Source: Candidatus Cloacimonadota bacterium
Lineage (GTDB): Bacteria; Cloacimonadota; Cloacimonadia; Cloacimonadales; JAJBBL01
Reading direction: 5' to 3'
Assembly (NCBI GenBank): GCA_019429305.1
Contig: JAHYIR010000002.1
Span: 43,574-107,573 of the forward strand
Length of the DNA: 64,000 bases
Shown piece after piece: positions 27,695 through 39,218 of this stretch (position 1 is its first letter; the number at the start of each line of letters is the position of its first letter). The translations under genes and the position numbers were made by a program. The notes beneath the pieces were generated by a model, which searched no databases, had not been told where the DNA came from, and was given only the letters and a program-made list of their open reading frames with translations.

Positions 27695-30535
27695 CTAATT
27701 AAGTAGCAAAAATTTTCGCACTAAATTACTGTTGTTAGTCACCATCTCATAAAAATAAATACCTTGAGCAACAGATCTGTTCTTACTGTCTCTTCCATCC
27801 CATTGCAGAGTATAATTACCCCGAGAAAAGTTTTCCTTAATGAGATTTTTCACTAACTGTCCTTTGATATTGTAAATGTTTATCTTCACAAGAGAATCTT
27901 GAGGTAGATTGAAATTGATGTTAACTGCTTGACTTCGGTTGCCTATATTGCGATAAACAGGGTTTGGGTAGTGATACAATTCAGGGTAAGGTATTAAATC
28001 TACGGTGTCAACTGACTGATATTCCAAAATCCCGTTAGCCAGATAGAGCTCACCGACTCCAGGAGCTATTGCTTCCTCTTCCAAGCCAATATGCAGAGTA
28101 AGGAAGATCTGGTTATCTTGAGCAATAAGACCCAGAGGACTTTTTGAGTTTTCGAAATCACTCCCTGGATGTCTTACAATACCGTGCTGCCAAATATATT
28201 GATCCAACAGATCTCCAGTAGGATTATAGACATTGAATTGAATTATCTCCTCATTTATTGAAGCAGCCCAGAATACATTCCCAACATCCGTTGCAATGCC
28301 TTGCTCCCAGTTAGGCAGTATTCGTTCATCGATTGTAAACAGTTCGTAACTCCCTGGATCAAATCTTTGCAGCTTATCTTGAGACAAAATAAAGATCCCT
28401 TCGGCACTATAAACCAGATCAATAATACTGTCGTTGGTAATGTCGAGTCCAAATTCCTGAAAGTTACTACCGGTTTCATCAGAAAGCAGCAAATTGTTAC
28501 TCATCAAGATAGCCACTCTATTGTTATGGGCGTCAATCAACAAGTTATCCTTAAAGCGGATTAAATCCTCAGATAGAACGGGACTAAAATCCTCTGAGCC
28601 CTCTTCCTGCCTCCAATAATGAAAAGCAAAATTAGCTGCACCATCTAAAATACTACTACTCGGAACATCGAGTGGTCTTAGATACTCCAAGCGGGAATCA
28701 TGAAAATAGTTTTTATCATAACCGCTTGCCCCACCGGGTGGAGTTAATCCATTAGAGTGATGTCCAAAAAAGTGATTATCTATATCCCAGATACCGGTAT
28801 CGTAATCTGCATTCCCGCTACGACGGACATAACCACATCTTCTGGAGGCAAAACCACCGAAAAGATTGATAGACCCCCTTAAGTATGTAACACTGGGTGC
28901 TCCATGAGGATTGGGGATAGGTATAGAATATGGTGCTCCTGGACTAAAGATAGGACCGGGTTCAGGCCAAAGCGGATTATACCAAGGATAATCCAAACCG
29001 GGAGGCCAAGGATCTAAAGATGAAGTAGGATATCTTCGCAGGTGCAGATCAATCTGGGTATAAAAATCGCCTTGAAACATTTGATCGGGGGTAGATCCTT
29101 TGGGAAATTGATACTGGAAAGAAAAGATCCCATCTTTATAATGAACCCCTGCAGGTGTAGTCTCTCCCTGACCATCACCGAGAGCAAAGAGATAACCATA
29201 GATGTTCACACTGTTGCAGTTAGGTTTGTATCTCATGCCATCGGTAGGATCACGGTATCCATACTGGATCAGAATAGATTTCTCAGAAACGAGAGCTAAC
29301 ATGTCAGTCTCATTGACCGGATATTCACCATCTAAACCACCATCAGGGGGTTGACCAACGATAGTGTTTTGATAAGTAAGATCATCTTTAATATAGATAT
29401 TATGCGAACTGCCCCATGTCTGTAAACCTGCAACATTACCGGAAATCCACAATTCAAAAGGAACCCAATAAGAAGTATCATTAGACAGAGTTCCGCTCAT
29501 TACAACCCATGTTGTATCATGTCTGGCGATATAATTGACCCCTATTTGATTACCTATAGGACCATAAGGAGGATATTGATCGTAAATAATAAACTCTTCC
29601 GGTGGATGAATTTCTTCAATATGACCGATCCGTGCATTATATAATAAACCATTGATATTAACAAAGGCAATTTTGTTATCAGACTGAGATTCTCCAAATA
29701 ACCTAACTCCGTTTCGCCTGATCAAATCTGCTCCTCCAGGTAGATCAAAATGTTGATAGTTTTCGATCAAACCACCGCGGAATACCTGTTCTATCGGATA
29801 AGCACCTCCACCAAAAACCCTTATTTCGCCGACAGTCGTTACCAGTCCATAGAAGGTTGGCCAACCGTTATTATCTCCCCCTCCGATCTGTCTGATCCAG
29901 ATGTCAGTATTACTATGAACTCTGCCATGAATTACATCCTGCCCATAAAACCTGACATTCCCCTCTACATCATCTAATGAGCTATATTTATCGAAGAATA
30001 AATGATAATCAATGATATCTAACTCATGTTCGAAACCATTTTTAAAGAGGAGATGAAGATTGTCGTCATCGTTGACAACAGCGGCTGTTGTGTAAACACT
30101 CTGATAGATCGATTCAGTAGAGACAATAATTCCTTCGGGACTTATTTCCGTCTTCATTAAATGATAAATCTCATCATCGATGTTATAAAGTGGATAGAAA
30201 ATGAGAACTCTCCCGTCGGACATCAATTCCAATACCGGATCTCCAAAGATCACCCCCCAGTGATCCATCATTTCCGCAATTTCCAGAACCGAGAACTCAT
30301 TGAATGGTTCGCTTGATTTAGTATATACTATTTGGGGGGAGTAGTCATTACCTGGACCATATGTCCGATAAGTTAGATGAACGGTATCTCCTGCCTGTCT
30401 TAGTCCTTTCTGCCCGGCAGATAAGATCCACTCATATTCCTGATTGATCTTGATCGGCTCCCCCATTTGAGCACATAGAAGTGTAAACATTGTGAACATC
30501 AAAACAAGAAACGCTATGATTACTCTCTCTCTCAT
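27695..30535 (-). CDS. secreted protein of unknown function with T9SS type-A C-terminal sorting domain
   Basis: 946 aa with a signal peptide (IIAFLVLMFTMFTLLCAQ). C-terminus: HYPNPVYRN...INIYNIKGQLVKNL...GNYTLQWDGRD...QGIYFYEMV. No catalytic family recognised. Confidence 0.75.
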   Translation of the reverse strand: MRERVIIAFLVLMFTMFTLLCAQMGEPIKINQEYEWILSAGQKGLRQAGDTVHLTYRTYGPGNDYSPQIVYTKSSEPFNEFSVLEIAEMMDHWGVIFGDPVLELMSDGRVLIFYPLYNIDDEIYHLMKTEISPEGIIVSTESIYQSVYTTAAVVNDDDNLHLLFKNGFEHELDIIDYHLFFDKYSSLDDVEGNVRFYGQDVIHGRVHSNTDIWIRQIGGGDNNGWPTFYGLVTTVGEIRVFGGGAYPIEQVFRGGLIENYQHFDLPGGADLIRRNGVRLFGESQSDNKIAFVNINGLLYNARIGHIEEIHPPEEFIIYDQYPPYGPIGNQIGVNYIARHDTTWVVMSGTLSNDTSYWVPFELWISGNVAGLQTWGSSHNIYIKDDLTYQNTIVGQPPDGGLDGEYPVNETDMLALVSEKSILIQYGYRDPTDGMRYKPNCNSVNIYGYLFALGDGQGETTPAGVHYKDGIFSFQYQFPKGSTPDQMFQGDFYTQIDLHLRRYPTSSLDPWPPGLDYPWYNPLWPEPGPIFSPGAPYSIPIPNPHGAPSVTYLRGSINLFGGFASRRCGYVRRSGNADYDTGIWDIDNHFFGHHSNGLTPPGGASGYDKNYFHDSRLEYLRPLDVPSSSILDGAANFAFHYWRQEEGSEDFSPVLSEDLIRFKDNLLIDAHNNRVAILMSNNLLLSDETGSNFQEFGLDITNDSIIDLVYSAEGIFILSQDKLQRFDPGSYELFTIDERILPNWEQGIATDVGNVFWAASINEEIIQFNVYNPTGDLLDQYIWQHGIVRHPGSDFENSKSPLGLIAQDNQIFLTLHIGLEEEAIAPGVGELYLANGILEYQSVDTVDLIPYPELYHYPNPVYRNIGNRSQAVNINFNLPQDSLVKINIYNIKGQLVKNLIKENFSRGNYTLQWDGRDSKNRSVAQGIYFYEMVTNNSNLVRKFLLLN

Positions 30536-30771
30536 TTTTACCTCCGATAAATGTCGAATTCTATCGATAGATTAAAGGTTTCAATGATCTCTTTCTGCAG
30601 AAAACTTATTCTTTCAAGAAAAACTAATAGAGATTATCATTCTATTTGCAAACTTTAGTGCAATTTCTGTTCCATCCATATTGATACTTTGCTTATTTCA
30701 CCTAGATTGAAAACTCGGAAAATCAAAGAGGATGTAATCATTGATCATCCCTTGTATTATTGTCTTTTACT

Positions 30772-30819
30772 ATTAGTCACTCTACGAGTCGGCTAGGTCC
30801 GACTCGTAGGGTGACTAAT
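30772..30819. repeat. 48-nt near-perfect palindrome (21-bp arms, 6-nt loop) in a divergent intergenic region
   Basis: ATTAGTCACTCTACGAGTCGG ctaggt CCGACTCGTAGGGTGACTAAT. There is one T/G mismatch, which is a wobble pair in RNA. No flanking U-tract on either strand. Confidence 0.85.
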
Positions 30820-30915
30820 GGTAAGAGAATGGTATCTCTTTGAAGAAGGCAGTAATAATAAGATTTTCTTTACAAATAATTCAATACTGAATTGATAGTA
30901 AATTTGAGGAAAAAT

Positions 30916-32061
30916 ATGAGTGAGCCAAAAAAGACAATCTTCTGGGTAGCTGGAGAAAATTCGGGTGATTTGCATTCCTCGATGGTATTGAAAGCGTTAA
31001 AGGAACAAGGTGTTGATTATCGTCATATAGGGATTGGTGGTCACCGTATGCAGGCGGAAGGTTTCACTCCATTATTCCCCTTTCGCAAGTTTTCTTTAAT
31101 GGGTTTTTGGGAGGTATTAAAAAGTTTGCCTTTCATCTGGCGAGTGGAAAAAGAGACCAAGAAATACTTTCAGAATATCAAGCCCGATTTGGTAGTCCTG
31201 GTAGATTATCCGGGGCTTAATCTCAGATTAGCCAAGATGGCTTATGAACTCGATATTCCGGTCCTATACTTTATTTGTCCGCAATTTTGGGCATGGCGGC
31301 ACGGTAGAGTAAAAAAATTGTATGAATATACTAATTTTGTTGCTTCCATTCTCCCTTTTGAAAAGGAGTTGCTCGATTTACATCGGGTAACTTCCGAATA
31401 TGTAGGTCATCCAATAGCTGAAGAGATAAAGGTAGAGGTGGATCGAGAACAATTTGCCCGTACATTTGGTTTGAATCCGGAGAAGCAATGGCTCGGATTT
31501 ATGCCTGGCAGTAGAGACACTGAGATCAAGAAGATACTCCCCGTTTTTATGGAAGCGATCAGGAAATTCTCCGATGAAGATTACGAGTTCCTTCTCTCAA
31601 AATCTCATACTGTCAGCAACGAGCTTTTTATGAGTTTCATACCCGTAGAAATGGTTAAAAATATCTTTATTATTGACGGCTATATGTATGAGATGATGAA
31701 ATACTCACATTTTATGGCAGTAACATCGGGAACAGCTACTTTAGAAACGGCATTTATCGGTACTCCGTTCATAATCGTCTATAAAACGAGTAAAATATCC
31801 TATACAATAGCTAAGGAATTGGTCAGGATCAAACGCATCGGTTTACCGAATATCATCTTAGAGGATGATGTCATACCGGAACTCATTCAGGACGATGTCA
31901 ACGGTGATAAGATATACAGCAACATAAAAGATTATCTTTCTAATCAGAGTGAATACAATAAGATTAAAACCGAACTGGCAAAAATAAAGGACCTACTCAG
32001 TGAGAAATCTGCATCAAAAGAGGTTGCTTCAATAATCGAGAGGATGGTAGAGAAGGAATAG
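30916..32061 (+). CDS. lpxB: lipid-A-disaccharide synthase
   Basis: IFWVAGENSGDLH, VDYPGLNLRLAK and TSGTATLE motifs. The ATG at 30916 has a GAGGA RBS. The tracked TTG at 30892 adds 8 residues. Confidence 0.9.
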   Translation: MSEPKKTIFWVAGENSGDLHSSMVLKALKEQGVDYRHIGIGGHRMQAEGFTPLFPFRKFSLMGFWEVLKSLPFIWRVEKETKKYFQNIKPDLVVLVDYPGLNLRLAKMAYELDIPVLYFICPQFWAWRHGRVKKLYEYTNFVASILPFEKELLDLHRVTSEYVGHPIAEEIKVEVDREQFARTFGLNPEKQWLGFMPGSRDTEIKKILPVFMEAIRKFSDEDYEFLLSKSHTVSNELFMSFIPVEMVKNIFIIDGYMYEMMKYSHFMAVTSGTATLETAFIGTPFIIVYKTSKISYTIAKELVRIKRIGLPNIILEDDVIPELIQDDVNGDKIYSNIKDYLSNQSEYNKIKTELAKIKDLLSEKSASKEVASIIERMVEKE

Positions 32062-32694
32062 ATGTTAACAAAGCTGCTCTTTTTTCTGGAAAAGCATCTT
32101 GTGTGTTGGATGATTCTTCTTCTCGGGAAAACGTTGATTTATCGAGAACAGACACCACGACCGGCAACCCCCTGTATTTACGTTTTCTGGCATCGCAATA
32201 TCATCCCTCTGATGTATCTCTACAGAAAGCAAAATGTTGCTATTATCGTGTCTCAATCGAAAGAGGGTGAGATCATTGCCGGACCAACCGAGTTACTTGG
32301 TTATAAAGTAGTTCGGGGATCTTCCACAAGAAGAGGTACGGAGGCATTGCTTCAGTTCCTGAAAATAGCCGGTGAACATAGCTTAGCTGTAACACCTGAC
32401 GGACCGTTAGGTCCTCGTGAAGTTTTAAAGAAAAGTATATTATTTATGGCTTATCATACCAACTTGCCGTTAATCCCTATGGCTGTTGATATTGACCGGG
32501 AATGGCTCTTCCCGACTTGGGATCTCTTTCGGGTACCAAAACCAAAGAGCATTATCAGCGTCTCTTGTGGAGAACCGGTGTTTATCAACACCAAAGAGGA
32601 AATAGAGAGCAAAATGACAGAATTCCAATTTGAAATGGACAGATTACAGTATGTAAATAGAGATTATCGGAATAGAGAAATACAAGAAAGATAG
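32062..32694 (+). CDS. DUF374 / lysophospholipid-acyltransferase-family protein
   Basis: 210 aa. IIVSQSKEGEIIAGPTELLGYKVVRGSSTRRGTEAL...AVTPDGPLGPRE matches the DUF374 core. Its ATG abuts the lpxB stop (TAGATG). Confidence 0.65.
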   Translation: MLTKLLFFLEKHLVCWMILLLGKTLIYREQTPRPATPCIYVFWHRNIIPLMYLYRKQNVAIIVSQSKEGEIIAGPTELLGYKVVRGSSTRRGTEALLQFLKIAGEHSLAVTPDGPLGPREVLKKSILFMAYHTNLPLIPMAVDIDREWLFPTWDLFRVPKPKSIISVSCGEPVFINTKEEIESKMTEFQFEMDRLQYVNRDYRNREIQER

Positions 32695-32706
32695 AGGAGA
32701 ATAATA

Positions 32707-33903
32707 ATGAAATTATCACAACGAGCTTATGATGTACAGGCATCACCGATCCGTAAACTGATGCCTTATGCTAATTCAGCCAAACAAAAGGGGATCAAGG
32801 TCTATCATCTCAATATCGGACAACCTGACATTGAGACCCCACAAGTAATGATGGATGCTTACCATCGCTTCAGTGAAAAGGTTTTAGGGTATGGACCTTC
32901 GCAAGGTTTAGATGAATACCGTCAGGGGCTTGCCGGTTATTATCAAAAATGCGGACTGAAGGTTGAAGCGGATGACATAATCGTCACCGTAGCGGGTTCG
33001 GAAGCTATTGTTTTTGCCTTTTATGTTACCTGTAACGAAGGTGATGAGATCATTATACCGGAACCTTTATACACCAACTATAATGGCTTTGCCACAATGG
33101 CAGGCATCAAGATCGTTCCTTTAACTACCTTTGCCGAAAATGGTTTTGCTTTGCCAACTAAAGAAGAGATCGCAAAATTGATAACTCCGAGAACGAGAGC
33201 CATAATGCTCTGTAATCCCGGTAATCCTACAGGAACGGTCTATACTAAGGAGGAATTACAGAGAGTAGTAGAATTAGCCAAGGAGCATAATCTCTTTGTC
33301 ATTTCTGATGAGGTTTATCGTGAGTTTGTATATGATGGTTTGCATCATACCAGCATTTTGGAATTTACCGATATATCTGACCGGACGATGATAGTTGACA
33401 GTGTCTCTAAAAGATATAGTGCCTGTGGTGCACGAGTAGGATGTATCGTATCGAAGAACAGAGATCTGATGGCTGCTGTACTGAAATTTGCTCAAGCACG
33501 GCTCTGCCCCCCCACTATTGATCAATATGCCTCAAATGCCTGTTTAGAGCTTGGTGATGATTATTTTACAGGAATAATCAAGGAGTATACTAAACGTCGT
33601 GATCTGGTTTATGCTGAATTGCAAAAAAATCCTGAGATAGTATGTACTAAGCCGGGTGGAGCTTTTTATATTTTCCCCAAACTACCTGTTATGGATGCTG
33701 AGAAATTCATCATCTGGCTGTTAAGTGAATTCGAAATAGACGGAGAGACGGTAATGGCAGCTCCGGCTGAAGGATTCTATGCCACACCTGAACGTGGTAA
33801 AGATGAATTGAGAATAGCTTATGTGCTTAATACTGATGCCCTGCTCAAAGCAATGAATATCTTGCTGACAGGTCTGGAAAGATACCGCAAGATAGAAGAA
33901 TAA
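32707..33903 (+). CDS. class I/II pyridoxal-phosphate-dependent aminotransferase (aspartate-aminotransferase-like)
   Basis: 398 aa. LCNPGNPTG and the PLP-lysine motif SVSKRYSACGARVG. Confidence 0.8.
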   Translation: MKLSQRAYDVQASPIRKLMPYANSAKQKGIKVYHLNIGQPDIETPQVMMDAYHRFSEKVLGYGPSQGLDEYRQGLAGYYQKCGLKVEADDIIVTVAGSEAIVFAFYVTCNEGDEIIIPEPLYTNYNGFATMAGIKIVPLTTFAENGFALPTKEEIAKLITPRTRAIMLCNPGNPTGTVYTKEELQRVVELAKEHNLFVISDEVYREFVYDGLHHTSILEFTDISDRTMIVDSVSKRYSACGARVGCIVSKNRDLMAAVLKFAQARLCPPTIDQYASNACLELGDDYFTGIIKEYTKRRDLVYAELQKNPEIVCTKPGGAFYIFPKLPVMDAEKFIIWLLSEFEIDGETVMAAPAEGFYATPERGKDELRIAYVLNTDALLKAMNILLTGLERYRKIEE

Positions 33904-33935
33904 AAAAAAGTTAGTTTTTCAAGGATAAGTAAGAA

Positions 33936-34721
33936 ATGAATGAGAGATTTTACGGCAAAATAGACCTTAATGAAGAGATTCATCAAAATCTAACATTATT
34001 AAAAGAGCTGGAGCTAAATCTGGAATTGTGCATTACCGACTCATCTTATCTTTATGAAAAATATCAACCATTTGCAAGAACATTAGCGCATACTATTTCC
34101 GAACTGAATCTTAGAACAATATTCCATCTACCCTTTTATGGATTACAGCTTGGTTGCAAGGATACCTACATTCGAAAACTATCTTATGAAATTATCATAC
34201 AGGGATTGAAACGCTGTTCTGAGCTAAATATGAAAAGGGCAGTAATGCATGTTGCAACCCCTTCTTATATACCAGCAATAGGTTTGGAAAAATGGTTACA
34301 GAGCTTTTATCAAAATCTGGAGAAAATACTCGGATACTGTGAAGAAAAAGATATTACACTTTTGTTAGAGAATACTTTTGAACCGGATCCGGAGATCTTT
34401 GCAACCATTTTCCAGCGTTTTCCATCGGATAAGTTATCAATATGTCTTGATATAGCACATATTTATTGTTATTCTGAAGCTAATTTCCTTGATTGGTGGA
34501 GTTCTCTCAGTCAAAAAATACAACATATTCATCTGAGTGATAATAACGGTGAAGAGGATAGTCATCTTGCTCTGGGAGAGGGTATTATTGATTTTCAGGA
34601 AGTGTTCGAGCACAGTTTTACTCTACCTGTTACTTACACATTAGAGACCGAAAAATCCTGTTTTAGAAAGTCAATCCATTATTTAAAGAGTTTGATAACC
34701 CCCCAAGAGAAAATTTCATGA
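33936..34721 (+). CDS. sugar-phosphate isomerase/epimerase (xylose-isomerase-like TIM barrel)
   Basis: 261 aa. AVMHVATP, LLLENTFEP, ICLDIAHIY and HIHLSDNNGEEDSHLALGEGIIDF. Confidence 0.65.
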   Translation: MNERFYGKIDLNEEIHQNLTLLKELELNLELCITDSSYLYEKYQPFARTLAHTISELNLRTIFHLPFYGLQLGCKDTYIRKLSYEIIIQGLKRCSELNMKRAVMHVATPSYIPAIGLEKWLQSFYQNLEKILGYCEEKDITLLLENTFEPDPEIFATIFQRFPSDKLSICLDIAHIYCYSEANFLDWWSSLSQKIQHIHLSDNNGEEDSHLALGEGIIDFQEVFEHSFTLPVTYTLETEKSCFRKSIHYLKSLITPQEKIS

Positions 34722-34748
34722 AGAATGATTGAGTAACAGGTTAGATAA

Positions 34749-36761
<2,013 letters not shown>

Positions 36762-36789
36762 TAACTTTCGCTAGAGGAAAGACAAGATA

Positions 36790-38100
36790 ATGAAAATATT
36801 AGAGCGTTACATCCTAAGAGAGAATGTAAAACCCTTTATTATCGCCTCGATGGTCTTAACTTTTATTTTTCTGCTCGATAAATTGATCGACCTGCTCAAT
36901 CTGATTATCGAAAAACGGCTCGATATTCCGGCAATTATTTCAGTATTTAGTCTCAGCTTACCCTTCATGTTAGCTCTCTCGATACCTATGGCTGTATTAT
37001 TGGCAACAATAATGTCCTTCGGCAGATTATCGGTAGATAACGAGTTATCTGCCTTTAAATCTTGCGGGATCAATATTTATACTTTGATGCGTTCAACTGT
37101 TATAGCCGCCTTTTTTCTCTCACTTTTTATGATATATTTCAATCATCATATCCTACCAGAGACCAATCATAAACTAAAAAACCTGCTGATCAGATTACAT
37201 TATCGTCGTCCTGTAACAAATATTACACCGGGTGTCTTTACTACTATTAAGAACTATACTATTTATACTTCTGAGATCAGAAATGATGAACTGATCGGAG
37301 TTACCATCTATAATAGACAGGGGACCGGTTTCCCTCAAACTATTACTGCTGAAAGAGGTTTGATAGAGCTGACGGACGGAGGTAATAATTTTAAAGCTAC
37401 TCTTTTCAGTGGAGAAGTACATGAAAGAGATGCCCGTGACCCGGCACGTTATACTCTCCAAAAATTTGCCCGCTTGGTCATCCATTTACCAGATCTGGGA
37501 TACCAGATGAATATTGACGATTCAGACTATCGAAGTGATCGGGAGATGAATACGTCAACGATGTTGCAGATCAATAGAGAGCGCAGGCAGGAGATCCTTG
37601 ATACACAAGCCCAGATAGAACGGCTGCAGAATCGTAACGAGCTTCTTGAACCTGAAATTCATCTATCTCAGGTTAGAACTGAGGTTGAGCGAAACACTAA
37701 TCTAATAGGTATATCACAGAACAAGATCGAGGATCTGGAACAGCGGGTACGAGAATTTCAAGTAGAGATCCATAAGAAGTATGCAATAGCTTTCGCTTGC
37801 TTGATCTTTGTCTTTTTAGGTGTGCCTATCGGAATGATGATCCGTAGTAGTGGTGTTGGAGTTGCTTTCTCCACCAGTGCTATAATTTTTATTATCTACT
37901 ACATTTTTCTTGTAAGCGGTGAACAACTGGGTGATAAGGGGTATGTTGCTCCATGGATCGCTATGTGGGCACCAAATTTCTTCTTTGGTGCTGTTGGTAT
38001 ATATCTGGTGATCACTTCAACTAAAGACATGAAAACTATTAAGTGGGAAATCTGGAAAGAAAAGATCTCTGCCTTTAAGAGAAGATTTCTTAAGAGATAA
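36790..38100 (+). CDS. LptF/LptG-family LPS export permease (LptF-like)
   Basis: 436 aa. MKILERYILRENVKPF start, six predicted TM segments and an ~85-aa charged coiled-coil insertion before TM4. Confidence 0.75.
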   Translation: MKILERYILRENVKPFIIASMVLTFIFLLDKLIDLLNLIIEKRLDIPAIISVFSLSLPFMLALSIPMAVLLATIMSFGRLSVDNELSAFKSCGINIYTLMRSTVIAAFFLSLFMIYFNHHILPETNHKLKNLLIRLHYRRPVTNITPGVFTTIKNYTIYTSEIRNDELIGVTIYNRQGTGFPQTITAERGLIELTDGGNNFKATLFSGEVHERDARDPARYTLQKFARLVIHLPDLGYQMNIDDSDYRSDREMNTSTMLQINRERRQEILDTQAQIERLQNRNELLEPEIHLSQVRTEVERNTNLIGISQNKIEDLEQRVREFQVEIHKKYAIAFACLIFVFLGVPIGMMIRSSGVGVAFSTSAIIFIIYYIFLVSGEQLGDKGYVAPWIAMWAPNFFFGAVGIYLVITSTKDMKTIKWEIWKEKISAFKRRFLKR

Positions 38101-38105
38101 CAAAA

Positions 38106-39194
38106 ATGCGAATTCTCGATAGATATATAATAACTCAGTTCTTGAAGACTTTCATCATCATAAGTTTATCCTTGGCATTTGTGTTTATTGTAGTGGATGT
38201 TTTTGACAGATTACCGAGATTACTTAGAACAACCAGTGAATTACATTTCCTTATTCAGTACTTTCTGCTTCGCATTCCTTACCTTTTTGTTATTACTTCA
38301 CCAGTTACAGTACTTTTAGCCGGCCTCTTTTTAATGGACATGCTTTCCAAATACAATGAATCAATAGCTATTCGGGCTTCCGGAGTAAGCATTAACCGCT
38401 TAGTTACTCCCCTTTTCGTATTCGGAATAATCTACAGTATTTTTATTATGTTTTTTGGTGATCTTATACTACCAAAAGCAGAAGATCATCGAGAATACCT
38501 GTTTAGGGTGAAAATTCGCGGACAGGAACATGAAGATGTCCGGATGCGTTCCAATATTCAATATCGTGGAGAAGGTAATACTCTTTATAATATCGGGTTC
38601 TTTGATGGTTTCCGAAATACGCTGAGAATGATTGATATTACAACCATTAATCCGAAAACGTATGAAATAGAAAGAAAACTCACTGCTGTAACTGCAAGAT
38701 GGCAAAATGATCAGTGGATCTTCGACGATTGTGTCATCCGTACTTTCCAAGATGGAAAGTTGTTATCAACCAAGCATTACAAGTCCATATCACTCGATGA
38801 CATAAATGTCACTCCAACCGATTTTGTAAAGAGTGCAAAAAGTCCGATGTCAATGAATTACTTTGAGCTTAGTGATTATATCGCTCGGTTAAAGCGTGTA
38901 GGTGAGAATTATAATACCGAACTGGTTGATCTCTATACCAAAATATCCTTTCCTTTTGCTAATTTCATCATCATGCTCTTTTGTGTACCTCTTGCTACTG
39001 TATCTATGCGGAGTAGATATCGAGGCATGATCTTTATCATCGGGATAATTATCTGCTTTCTCTATCTTACTGTAGTCCGAATTAGTCAAAGTCTTGGATA
39101 TAATGAAGTTTTACACCCAGCAACCGCAGCTTGGTTACCACACGCTGTCTTTTTCTTGACCGGTATTATGTTCGTTTCCAAAGCCGAAGTATAG
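38106..39194 (+). CDS. LptF/LptG-family LPS export permease (LptG-like)
   Basis: 362 aa. MRILDRYIITQFLKTF start and a YjgP/YjgQ layout. Lies 5 nt after the preceding permease gene. Confidence 0.75.
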   Translation: MRILDRYIITQFLKTFIIISLSLAFVFIVVDVFDRLPRLLRTTSELHFLIQYFLLRIPYLFVITSPVTVLLAGLFLMDMLSKYNESIAIRASGVSINRLVTPLFVFGIIYSIFIMFFGDLILPKAEDHREYLFRVKIRGQEHEDVRMRSNIQYRGEGNTLYNIGFFDGFRNTLRMIDITTINPKTYEIERKLTAVTARWQNDQWIFDDCVIRTFQDGKLLSTKHYKSISLDDINVTPTDFVKSAKSPMSMNYFELSDYIARLKRVGENYNTELVDLYTKISFPFANFIIMLFCVPLATVSMRSRYRGMIFIIGIIICFLYLTVVRISQSLGYNEVLHPATAAWLPHAVFFLTGIMFVSKAEV

Positions 39195-39218
39195 ATAATT
39201 TCTTAGATGGTCTGATCT

